Both the position numbers and the translations under genes were made by a program. The notes under the pieces are model-generated. The model did not search any database and was not told the origin of the DNA. It saw nothing but the letters and a program-made list of their open reading frames with translations. Below are positions 18,835 through 27,504 of a stretch of 64,000 bases of DNA, one piece after another. Positions within the stretch are counted from its first letter, which is position 1, and every line of letters begins with the position of its first letter. The stretch is taken from contig SFOB01000001.1 of the NCBI GenBank assembly GCA_004554075.1, positions 46,155 through 110,154 of the forward strand, given 5' to 3'. Source of the DNA: Treponema sp. (lineage in GTDB: Bacteria; Spirochaetota; Spirochaetia; Treponematales; Treponemataceae).

Positions 18835-20808
18835 ATGAAACGCATAGCACTGTTTGTTCATAATTTAACAGTTGAATACTCACTTACCGTAGCACAGGGA
18901 ATTGCTGCATATTTTACACCTGATAAAGATGTAAAACTCGTTATGGCGCAGACAAATCAGCCTCACTACCCTCATGGTCTATTTGAATACCAGTACTGGG
19001 CTTCTGCAGAACTGCTTAAGGCAGAAGATATAGACCTGATTATGATTGTTTCAAGTGCGTATCAGACTTTCATTCCGCCGGAAACCTTAAAAGAGTACCT
19101 TCAGCCTTTTACAAAAAAGCCGATTGTTTCTGTTGCAGTTGATCTGCCTTTTGACAATGTTCATTATACCGCCAGTGATTGCGATAAAGCTTTTGACGAA
19201 GTTGTTGAACACCTTGTAAAAGAACATGGCTGCAAAAACTTCGGCTTTCTTTCTGCCGCTTCTACCAATTCAAACGAGGGACTTGCCCGTTTTGCAGCAT
19301 ATAAGAAGGCTTTAAAGAAACATAACCTTAAATTTGATCCGGAAAATGTAATTGAAGGCTTATTTATCCGCGAAGCAGCCTATACTCTTGTTAAAGAAAA
19401 GTATAAAACAAAGGATGAAGTAAAGGTTGATGCCTTTATTGCTTCCAACGACCTTATGGCAGAAGGTTGTATGAAGGCTCTGCAGGAAATGGGGCTTAAA
19501 GTTCCAAAGGATGTAAAGATAGTCGGCTTTGACGACACTGTCCGAGCCTCATTCACCACACCTTCCCTTTCTACAATTGATCAGAACATTGCAGGACAGG
19601 GCTATGCCGCAGCAGAAATAGCTTACAAAATCCTTATGGGAGAAAAAATCCCGCGCGAAACAAAGATTTTTGCAGAACCGGTTTACCGCCAGTCCTGTGG
19701 CTGCGTAAAGGCAAACAACATTTCCTTTGCAAGCCGTAATCAGCAGGGAGAACAGATAGAAAATCACCATATTAATTCAAATACAATTGAAGAATATACC
19801 GAAACTTCAAAAGACATTGTTGGAATCTATACACTGATAGACACTTTCCATACAAATCATACCCTTAAAGAGCTTTTTAACTCCCTGACACAGATAAGCA
19901 TGCAGATGAAATTTGAATCTATGGCAGTAGCTCTTTATGAGCACCCTGTTTTCTTCAAAAAGAACCAGTCAATTACCATTCCAGACAAGGCTTTCCTCAA
20001 GGTTTATATTGCAGGCAACAGTCAAGTTGTTCCTTATGACGAAAAAGGAATTGAAGTAAATCCTCACAAGCAGCTGATGCCGGAAGCTTATTATTCTCCT
20101 TTACGGGGAACCTTTATTGTTCACCCTATTTTTGCCGGCGAAAAGCAGTACGGCTATCTTATTGTAAAACCGACAAATGCAAAGTTCGCAATGCATCATG
20201 TTTATCTCAAACTTATAATCAATGCAATTGCAAATGCCTATGATTACACTCAGGCCATTACAACAAACGAAGTTCTTTCCAGCAAAAATGAAAAGCTTTT
20301 AAAGAATAATCAGGAACTGAACTTCCAGAACAGCATTGATGAGCTTACCCAGGTACTAAACCGCCGCGGATTTATGGAAAAGGCCGAAAAAGAGCTTAGA
20401 AAGGCAAGTAAAAACGGCCAGAGCGGCATGGTATTCTTTGCAGATATGGATGGTCTCAAGAAAATCAACGACACCTATGGCCATAAAGTTGGAGACCTTG
20501 CAATCCAGACAGAAGCAAAGGTTCTTTCAGAAGCCTTCCGTGCAACAGACATTGTCGGCCGTTTAAGTGGTGATGAATTTGCAATTGTTTCTACAGGACT
20601 CACAAAGGGATACATTTCTGCAATAAGAACCCGAATAGAACAGCTGAATCTTATCTTCTCTCAGGAAGCAGGCCTGCCTCTTACCCTGTCTATAAGCCTT
20701 GGTTTTGTTCCATTTACTCCAGAAAATGCAAATCTGGACACACTCCTCTCCCGCGCAGATGAAAAACTCTACGAAGAAAAAGAGATAAAGCACGCTTCAA
20801 GACGCTAA
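18835..20808 (+). CDS. Diguanylate cyclase with LacI-type sensor domain (paralogue of 6680-8623)
   Basis: ASNDLMA, VGFDD, LSTIDQ and YRQSCGC motifs; RATD..SGDEF. Confidence 0.88.
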   Translation: MKRIALFVHNLTVEYSLTVAQGIAAYFTPDKDVKLVMAQTNQPHYPHGLFEYQYWASAELLKAEDIDLIMIVSSAYQTFIPPETLKEYLQPFTKKPIVSVAVDLPFDNVHYTASDCDKAFDEVVEHLVKEHGCKNFGFLSAASTNSNEGLARFAAYKKALKKHNLKFDPENVIEGLFIREAAYTLVKEKYKTKDEVKVDAFIASNDLMAEGCMKALQEMGLKVPKDVKIVGFDDTVRASFTTPSLSTIDQNIAGQGYAAAEIAYKILMGEKIPRETKIFAEPVYRQSCGCVKANNISFASRNQQGEQIENHHINSNTIEEYTETSKDIVGIYTLIDTFHTNHTLKELFNSLTQISMQMKFESMAVALYEHPVFFKKNQSITIPDKAFLKVYIAGNSQVVPYDEKGIEVNPHKQLMPEAYYSPLRGTFIVHPIFAGEKQYGYLIVKPTNAKFAMHHVYLKLIINAIANAYDYTQAITTNEVLSSKNEKLLKNNQELNFQNSIDELTQVLNRRGFMEKAEKELRKASKNGQSGMVFFADMDGLKKINDTYGHKVGDLAIQTEAKVLSEAFRATDIVGRLSGDEFAIVSTGLTKGYISAIRTRIEQLNLIFSQEAGLPLTLSISLGFVPFTPENANLDTLLSRADEKLYEEKEIKHASRR

Positions 20809-20831
20809 AATCTGCCGATTTCACTTTTTCC

Positions 20832-20859
20832 TAAAGTTTCGTTGATTTTCGTCCGATAT
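20832..20859 (+). promoter_or_regulatory. Possible sigma28/SigD-type promoter upstream of add
   Basis: TAAA(GTTT)-N16-TCCGATAT. Confidence 0.45.
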
Positions 20860-20883
20860 TAAAAGGGTATTACTATACACTAA

Positions 20884-20912
20884 TTGCATTATCCGCAGAA
20901 CCGTGTTAAAAT
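20884..20912 (+). promoter_or_regulatory. Sigma70-type promoter of add
   Basis: TTGCAT-N17-TAAAAT with a TGn extension. Confidence 0.65.
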
Positions 20913-20948
20913 TATTGTGGGTGTGAAAAAAGTTAGGAGAAGATTAAA

Positions 20949-21965
20949 TTGAATAAATCAGAATTTAAGACCTTTTTATCAGCTGTTCCGAAAGCAGAGC
21001 TTCATCTTCACCTCGAAGCAGTAATTTCTTTAAGCGGTATCAAAAAACTATACAAGAATAAATTTGGCAAGGAAATGACAAAAGAAGAGCAGAAGGAGCT
21101 CTTTTCATATAACGATTTAAATGGCTTTATCCAGTCATTCCTCAAGATTCAGGGAATGTATTCTTCTGTAGAAGATTTTAAGATTGTTTTTGACGAACTT
21201 GAAAAATACCTTGTAAAAAACGGAATTACCTACACCGAAGTTTTCTTTGCACCAACTGCCTTCCTCAAAATGGGCTTTAAGTATGAAGATATGGTAAAAA
21301 TCTTCCACGAAAAAATCAGCAAAATCAAAGAAAAACGAGGAATTACCATTAAGCTTCTTATGGACGTTTCACGCACCTTCGGCTGCGAAAATGCAATGAA
21401 TAACTACAACCTCTTAAAGCAGTTCCCATGCGAAGATATTATTGGTATCGGCTTGGGTGGTGCAGAAGCAAAAGGCCCAGCAAAAGACTTTGCTCCAGTT
21501 TACGAGCTTGCCCTTAAAGAAGGTTATAAGGCTGTAGCACATGCCGGCGAAGATGTAGGCCCTGAATCAATCTGGGATTCTATTAATTTCCTCCACGCTC
21601 AGCGTATCGGTCACGGAATTACTGCTATTCAGGACGAGAAGCTCATGGAAGAAATCAAAAAGACAAAGCTTCCGATCGAAATCTGTATTACATCAAATAC
21701 ATTTACAAAGAAAATCGTTAAAAAGGCAAAGGATCATCCGGTTCGCGCCTTCTACGACAAGGGAATTCCTGTAAACATCAACACAGACGATCCTGTTTTC
21801 TTTAAGACTACCCTGCTCGACGAGTTCTGGATCTGCCATCACGACCTGAACTTTACAATGGACGAAATTAAAGACCTTGTTAAGAACAGCTTCCGTCAGT
21901 CATTTATGAGTGATGCCGATAAGAAAAAGGCCGTTAAAGCCGTTGATGAAGCCTGGAGTTTGTAG
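20949..21965 (+). CDS. add: Adenosine/adenine deaminase
   Basis: PKAELHLHLE, AHAGE, RIGHG and INTDDP motifs; TTG start with AGGAG SD. Confidence 0.92.
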   Translation: MNKSEFKTFLSAVPKAELHLHLEAVISLSGIKKLYKNKFGKEMTKEEQKELFSYNDLNGFIQSFLKIQGMYSSVEDFKIVFDELEKYLVKNGITYTEVFFAPTAFLKMGFKYEDMVKIFHEKISKIKEKRGITIKLLMDVSRTFGCENAMNNYNLLKQFPCEDIIGIGLGGAEAKGPAKDFAPVYELALKEGYKAVAHAGEDVGPESIWDSINFLHAQRIGHGITAIQDEKLMEEIKKTKLPIEICITSNTFTKKIVKKAKDHPVRAFYDKGIPVNINTDDPVFFKTTLLDEFWICHHDLNFTMDEIKDLVKNSFRQSFMSDADKKKAVKAVDEAWSL

Positions 21966-22049
21966 GGGGAAGTCCGCTTGAAACGCAGCATGTCATGCTG
22001 CGTGCGAATACCCCCTCGCTCGCTAAGGGGCAGCCCCCTAAGACCCCCT
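21964..22049. repeat. GC-rich palindromic intergenic element
   Basis: ACGCAGCATG-T-CATGCTGCGT core inside AGGGGG/CCCCCT arms, followed by GGGGCAGCCCC. Confidence 0.65.
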
Positions 22050-22051
22050 CC

Positions 22052-22849
22052 ATGACAAATATCGAGAAATACTACAACAAATTCCACGAAGAACACCGCC
22101 TCACAACCCGCCACGGACAGGTAGAATACCGCACAACCCTGCATTACATCGAAGAGGCTATCGCCTCGGTTGCTGAGCGGTCCCTGAGCGGAGTCGAAGG
22201 GCCCCTCAAAATTGCCGACATAGGAGCCGGCACCGGCCGCTACTCTATCGAGCTCTGCCACCGGGGCTACGACGTAACAGCCGTAGAACTTGTTCCTCAT
22301 AATCTTGAGATTCTCCGCGCCAAACATGAAAACATAAAAACCTGGCAGGGAGATGCCCGAAGCTTGCCCTTTTTAGAAGACGAAACTTTTGACGTCACCC
22401 TCCTCTTCGGCCCCCTCTATCATCTGCACGGAGACGAAGAAAAATTAAAGGCTTTAAAAGAAAGTAAGCGCATTACCAAAAAAGGTGGTATAATATTAGT
22501 TGCCTATGTAATGAATGAGTACAGCGTAATTTCTTACTGCTTTAAGGAACACAAGTGGGCAGAAGTTGCAGCAAAGGGAGGACTTAGCGAAGACTTTCAC
22601 ACAATCTGCGGCGAAGAAGACCTCTACGATTACGTTAGACTTGAAGACATAGACAGACTGAACCAGGCTGCAGGCTTAAAACGTCATAAGATTATTTCGG
22701 CTGACGGAGCCGCTGATTATATGAGAAGGGAGTTAAACCAGATGACTGAAGAGGAGTTCGAAGCCTTCTGCAAATTCCAGCTGGCAATTTGCGAAAGACC
22801 AGAGCTTGTTGGAGCAGGCAGTCACTGCGTAGACATTTTATGGACTTAA
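22052..22849 (+). CDS. Class I SAM-dependent methyltransferase carrying an in-frame REP-like insertion
   Basis: DIGAGTGRY, LLFGPLYHL; true start likely MTNIEKYY. Confidence 0.9.
   Translation: MTNIEKYYNKFHEEHRLTTRHGQVEYRTTLHYIEEAIASVAERSLSGVEGPLKIADIGAGTGRYSIELCHRGYDVTAVELVPHNLEILRAKHENIKTWQGDARSLPFLEDETFDVTLLFGPLYHLHGDEEKLKALKESKRITKKGGIILVAYVMNEYSVISYCFKEHKWAEVAAKGGLSEDFHTICGEEDLYDYVRLEDIDRLNQAAGLKRHKIISADGAADYMRRELNQMTEEEFEAFCKFQLAICERPELVGAGSHCVDILWT
22167..22201 (-). repeat. Intragenic REP-like element plus a partial second copy
   Basis: Minus strand CCCTTCGACTCCGCTCAGGGACCG-CTCAGCAACCG. Confidence 0.8.
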
Positions 22850-24552
22850 AATTTATTTATATCATAGCCTTATTTTTCTCCCTCGTAGCCCTATACCTTT
22901 ACTACGAAATCAATGCTAACACTATAAATAAAAATTATCTTACCCTTTTCCTTACAACCTTTATTTCAAACTTCGGCTATGCAATGTCGGTTTATTCAGA
23001 TACCCTGGAAGGAGCCCTTTCCGGAAATCTGCTTTCATACATAGGAAGTATATTCACCCTTCTATTTGGTCTTGTTGTCATAATTGATATGTGCCACAAA
23101 CGCTTTTACTTCCCTCTGCGCTTTGGACTCGTCATGTTTGCAACATCACTGGGTATCCTTCTGGCAACAACAAAAGAGTCCCATCTTTTCTTTAAGAATC
23201 CATATCTTGTACACCAGTATGGCCTCACTCTGATAAAATTTAAGATGGGTCCTGGAATGTTTTTATACATGGCTTTTATTGCAGGAATCAACCTTTCAGC
23301 CATCTTTACTGTTATTCATTCCATCTTTACAAAGAAGGACGTTTCTAAAAAATCACTCAGAATCATTTTGTGTGCACTAATTTTTGGAACCCTCTCCTAC
23401 ATCATTCCTTTAGCCTACGGAACAAGGCTCAACTTCATGCCTTACATCTATATTATTCTTGAGCTTTTCTTTTTGTATTTTTCTGCCAAAACAAATACCT
23501 ACGATCTGCAGCTGAATCTTGTAAACATTTTCCAGAACAGAACCGGTTACGGCTACATTGCCTTTGATAATAAAAGACGTTTCTTAGGCTGTAATTCTTT
23601 TGCACTCACTTTCTTTCCGCAATTAGCAGAAATTTCACTTGATTCCAATATTCCGGCCATTTATTCCAACATCATCAAAAACCTTCATTATGCAGAAAAT
23701 GACTGGGACTGGAATAAGCACTGTAATGAAGATTTCAGAGTTCAGTCAGAAAACAAGGACGGTATCTGTACTATCCATAAGCTTTCTATAAGCCGCATGA
23801 AAATGGGCTACTTCCTTGAACTGCGGGACGACACTGAACAGCAGAATTACATAAAGGGTCTCAATTCTTACAACAAAGAGCTTTCTCATCTTGTAAAAGA
23901 AAAAACCGAACAGGTTACAGACATGCAGGATTCTATCATCAGGGGAATTGCAACCATGGTAGAAAGCCGCGATAACTCTACCGGCGGTCACATTCTGCGT
24001 ACAAGTGATTGTATAGAAATCTTTGCGGAAGAACTGACTAAGCACAAGGAAATTTCTGCCTGCAATCCAGACTTTTTAAGAATGCTGGTAAAGGCAGCCC
24101 CTATGCATGATCTTGGAAAAATTGCCGTAGACGATGCTATTCTCCGTAAACCTGGAAAGTTCACTCCGGAAGAATATGAAAAGATGAAGGAACATCCGGC
24201 CAAGGGAGCCGTAATCGTAGAAAAGGTTTTAAGCAATATCAATGCAGATGACTTCCGCCGCATTGCCATAAATGTTGCCCACTACCATCACGAAAAGTGG
24301 AACGGCAAGGGTTACCCGGAAGGTTTGAAGGGAGAAGAGATTCCACTCGAAGCCCGCATAATGGCACTGGCAGATGTTTTTGACGCCCTGGTAAGTAAGC
24401 GCTGCTACAAGGAAGCAAAGTCTTTTGATGAAGCGTTTGAAATTATCAGAAATGATTTAGGCCAGCACTTTGACCCGGTTATTGGGGAAATATTTATTGA
24501 GTGCCGGCCACAGTTAGAAGAGTACTATAAATCGTCAGTACAAGACTTATAA
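22840..24552 (+). CDS. Multi-TM (7TM-like) HD-GYP c-di-GMP phosphodiesterase
   Basis: About seven hydrophobic helices; ESRD..TGGH, HDLGKI, HHEKWNGKGYP and ADVFDAL motifs. Confidence 0.9.
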   Translation: MDLKFIYIIALFFSLVALYLYYEINANTINKNYLTLFLTTFISNFGYAMSVYSDTLEGALSGNLLSYIGSIFTLLFGLVVIIDMCHKRFYFPLRFGLVMFATSLGILLATTKESHLFFKNPYLVHQYGLTLIKFKMGPGMFLYMAFIAGINLSAIFTVIHSIFTKKDVSKKSLRIILCALIFGTLSYIIPLAYGTRLNFMPYIYIILELFFLYFSAKTNTYDLQLNLVNIFQNRTGYGYIAFDNKRRFLGCNSFALTFFPQLAEISLDSNIPAIYSNIIKNLHYAENDWDWNKHCNEDFRVQSENKDGICTIHKLSISRMKMGYFLELRDDTEQQNYIKGLNSYNKELSHLVKEKTEQVTDMQDSIIRGIATMVESRDNSTGGHILRTSDCIEIFAEELTKHKEISACNPDFLRMLVKAAPMHDLGKIAVDDAILRKPGKFTPEEYEKMKEHPAKGAVIVEKVLSNINADDFRRIAINVAHYHHEKWNGKGYPEGLKGEEIPLEARIMALADVFDALVSKRCYKEAKSFDEAFEIIRNDLGQHFDPVIGEIFIECRPQLEEYYKSSVQDL

Positions 24553-24553
24553 T

Positions 24554-24643
24554 AGATTGTCGGGTCAAGCCCTGCGACGTTTGCGAAGCAAACTCGTTTA
24601 CAATGACAGACAAATGTCATCCTCGGGCTTGCCCCGGGGATCT
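24554..24643. repeat. Inverted pair of GTCA-tagged REPs; the left copy carries a nested hairpin
   Basis: AGATTGTCGGGTCAAGCCC[TGCGACGTTTGCGAAGCAAACTCGTTT]ACAATGAC and GTCATCCTCGGGCTTGCCCCGGGGATCT. Confidence 0.85.
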
Positions 24644-26705
24644 AGCGCTTCAAATACACCATCAAGAGCATAATATCACTATTTCTGATTCCGCTGATGC
24701 GGTTGGCCTGACCCAGGGTTACAGGTCTGATTGCTTCGAGCTTGTTGCGACTCTCAGCAGAAAGCGAAGGAATGCTGCCGTAATCAAAGTCTGCAGGAAT
24801 GCGGGCGTTCTCCATCTTGTGAAGTTTCTCTACCCTCTTATCCTGCTTTTCTATGTAATACTTATATTTAGCGTCAATCTTTGCCATTTCCCAGTCCGCT
24901 TCAGGGTAGCCCGGGTTGTCCATATCAGGCTTTTTGAGAAGCAGGGCTTCTATTTCTGAAAGGCGGGCATACTTTTCGTTTATTGCATCAAACTGAGCCT
25001 GAGTCTTGAGTCCGCAGCGGAAGGCGTATTTTGCAAGGCGGCGGTCTGCTGTGTCGTGGCGGAGTTTAAGGCGGTATTCAGCGCGGGCAGTAAACATGCG
25101 GTAAGGTTCTTTTGTTCCAAGAGTTACAAGGTCGTCAATTAATACTCCGATGTAGCCTTCGTCACGGCCCAGGATTACAGGTTCAAAATCAGGAATCTTG
25201 TCAAAGGCATCAAAGCCTGCATCCTTTTGAACCTTGCGTTCAAAGTCGTTGAGTTCTGCAGTTTCCTTTTCAGAGATTTCTGCAAAGCGGGCTTTTTCTT
25301 CGTTTGTCATATTTGCCTTAGGACGAAAGGCGTCTTTTTCCATAGAGCTTGGAACACCGTTGAGTGAGTGAGGAATCTCAGCCAGTGGTCCGCAGACTTT
25401 AATGTGCTCGCGGGCATAAAGACCGGCATTCATTCCGGCAATAAGACCCTGGCCGGCAGCCTCCTCATAACCGGAGGTTCCGTTAATCTGGCCTGCATTG
25501 AAAAGACCTGCAACACGCTTAGTTTCCAATGAAGGATAAAGTTGTGTTGGTTCAACAAAGTCATATTCAACGGCATAGCCCGGGCGGCTCTGTACGGCAT
25601 TTTCAAAACCATGCATAGTGCGCATAAAGGCATCCTGAACACATTCAGGAAGGCTGGAAGAAAGTCCATTAAGATAGATTTCATCAGTTTCAAGACCTTC
25701 CGGCTCTACGAAAATCTGGTGGCGGTCGCGTTCTGCAAAGCGCATAACCTTGTCTTCAATAGAAGGACAGTAGCGGGGACCAATTCCGCTGATTTTTCCA
25801 GAATAAAGCGGAGAGCGGCCGATATTGTCGCGGATAATTTTATGAGTTTCTTCGTTTGTATATACAATGTGGCAGTTTACGAGGGGGCGTTCAACCTTTT
25901 CAGTTTCAAAACTGAAAGGAATTACCTCTGTGTCACCAGGCTGCTCATCAAGTTTTGAGAAATCTACAGTCTTACGGAGAATACGAGGCGGAGTTCCAGT
26001 CTTAAGACGGCCGGTTGTAAAGCCAAGTCTATGAAGGCTTTCTGTAAGTCCATAGGCAGCAGGCTCCCCTACACGTCCGCAAGGGGCATCATATTCACCA
26101 ATAAAAATACGACCGCCAAGGAAGGTACCTGTTGTAAGGACAACAGAGCGGACTGGAATAACGCGGCCGCGTTCTGTAACTACGCCGGTAACCTTCTGTC
26201 TCATTCCGCTGAGGGCAGCTTTTGTACGGCCATCTCCGCGGAATTCACCCGGAATTGTTCCCTTTTCTGCGGCAGAGTCGCTGTTCGGAGGCAGCGGCGT
26301 AGACGAAGCAGTTGTCAGGATATCAATTACAGTATCCATCAGGGTATAAAGATTAGGTGTTGTCTCGCAGATTTTGCGGGCCAGCATTGAATAGGTAATT
26401 TTATCTGCCTGGGAACGTGGAGCCTGAACTGCAGGACCGCGGCTTTTATTGAGCATGCGGAACTGTATCATGGAATTATCAATCAGCTTGGCCATCTGGC
26501 CGCCAAGAGCGTCTATTTCGCGTACAATATTTCCTTTTGCAATTCCACCGATAGAAGGGTTACAGCTCATGCGGGCAATAGCGTCCGGAGTCTGGGTAAT
26601 CAAAACAGTTTTAAGTCCCATGCGGGCACAGGCAAGTCCCGCCTCAATTCCGGCATGTCCCGCGCCGACTACGGCAACATCATAAAAATCATAAAATCCA
26701 GGCAT
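24642..26705 (-). CDS. mnmG: tRNA uridine-5-carboxymethylaminomethyl modification enzyme MnmG (GidA)
   Basis: GAGHAG, MSCNPSIGG, GPRYCPSIEDK, GQINGTSGYEEA and EPYRMFT motifs. Confidence 0.98.
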   Translation of the reverse strand: MPGFYDFYDVAVVGAGHAGIEAGLACARMGLKTVLITQTPDAIARMSCNPSIGGIAKGNIVREIDALGGQMAKLIDNSMIQFRMLNKSRGPAVQAPRSQADKITYSMLARKICETTPNLYTLMDTVIDILTTASSTPLPPNSDSAAEKGTIPGEFRGDGRTKAALSGMRQKVTGVVTERGRVIPVRSVVLTTGTFLGGRIFIGEYDAPCGRVGEPAAYGLTESLHRLGFTTGRLKTGTPPRILRKTVDFSKLDEQPGDTEVIPFSFETEKVERPLVNCHIVYTNEETHKIIRDNIGRSPLYSGKISGIGPRYCPSIEDKVMRFAERDRHQIFVEPEGLETDEIYLNGLSSSLPECVQDAFMRTMHGFENAVQSRPGYAVEYDFVEPTQLYPSLETKRVAGLFNAGQINGTSGYEEAAGQGLIAGMNAGLYAREHIKVCGPLAEIPHSLNGVPSSMEKDAFRPKANMTNEEKARFAEISEKETAELNDFERKVQKDAGFDAFDKIPDFEPVILGRDEGYIGVLIDDLVTLGTKEPYRMFTARAEYRLKLRHDTADRRLAKYAFRCGLKTQAQFDAINEKYARLSEIEALLLKKPDMDNPGYPEADWEMAKIDAKYKYYIEKQDKRVEKLHKMENARIPADFDYGSIPSLSAESRNKLEAIRPVTLGQANRISGIRNSDIMLLMVYLKR

Positions 26706-26782
26706 AGTTCACGATTATACTTAAAATGCATACCTTGCACAATTATATATACGTTTTTTCTATATTATGTTATAATGGAAAG

Positions 26783-27475
26783 GTGAATAATGTTGATTTA
26801 ACACAGATTAAGGCAGTTGCATTTGACATCGATGGTACTCTCTACAGAGCGTGGAAGTTTAATCTTCGCGTTACGCCCTACTTCTTGTATCATTCATTCT
26901 TCTTTTTAAAGTACGGTCTCGTACGTAATATCATGCACAGAACAGCAGCTACTCCGGAATTCGTAAAGCTGCAGGCTTCTCATATGGCTAAAAAACTTAA
27001 TTGTTCGCCTGAAGAAGCTCAGGAAAGACTTGAAAAAGTTATTTATAAGGGACTTGAAAAATACTTTGTAAATATCAAGCCATGTAAAGGCTCTGTTGAA
27101 TTTATAACTAAGCTTAAAGAAAATGGTTATAAAATTGGACTTCTTTCAGACTTCCCTCCGGAACAAAAGGGAAGCATCTGGGGTGTCCGCGATATGTGCG
27201 ATGTAATTCTTGGTTCAGAAGAGGCCGGTGCCCTTAAGCCGGATTCAACTCCATTTTTGCGTCTTGCAAAGGAGTTTAATCTTCCTCCTGAACAAATTCT
27301 TTATGTTGGCAATAATCACGCATACGATATAGAAGGTGCTCATAATATCGGAATGAAGACTGCATGGCTGATTCTTCCTCACATGGGATGGGTTGGTCAA
27401 AAATCAAAAATTGCAGACTTTACCTTCTGGCATTATGGTCAGCTTTCTGAACTATTCTTTGGGAAAAATAAATAG
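26783..27475 (+). CDS. HAD-superfamily hydrolase
   Basis: FDIDGTLY, LKP and YVGN...DI.GA motifs; probable GTG start 6 nt after TGnTATAAT. Confidence 0.85.
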   Translation: MNNVDLTQIKAVAFDIDGTLYRAWKFNLRVTPYFLYHSFFFLKYGLVRNIMHRTAATPEFVKLQASHMAKKLNCSPEEAQERLEKVIYKGLEKYFVNIKPCKGSVEFITKLKENGYKIGLLSDFPPEQKGSIWGVRDMCDVILGSEEAGALKPDSTPFLRLAKEFNLPPEQILYVGNNHAYDIEGAHNIGMKTAWLILPHMGWVGQKSKIADFTFWHYGQLSELFFGKNK

Positions 27476-27504
27476 AAAAAACAAAAATTGGGTGGGGATA
27501 AAAA

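Noticed and set aside
20809..20948. Purine riboswitch upstream of add (also checked before purB and apt)
   Set aside because: No purine aptamer core seen; the leaders are too short once the promoters are placed.
21995..22051. N-terminal extension of the methyltransferase (MLRANTPSLAKGQPPKTPS)
   Set aside because: Derived from the palindromic spacer; the family-like sequence begins at MTNIEKYY. Not formally excluded.
24603..24959. 118-aa ORF starting MTDKCHPRACPGDL
   Set aside because: Translation of the REP followed by the antisense strand of mnmG.
25180..25412. Intein in MnmG
   Set aside because: No Cys/Ser start or His-Asn end, and too short.
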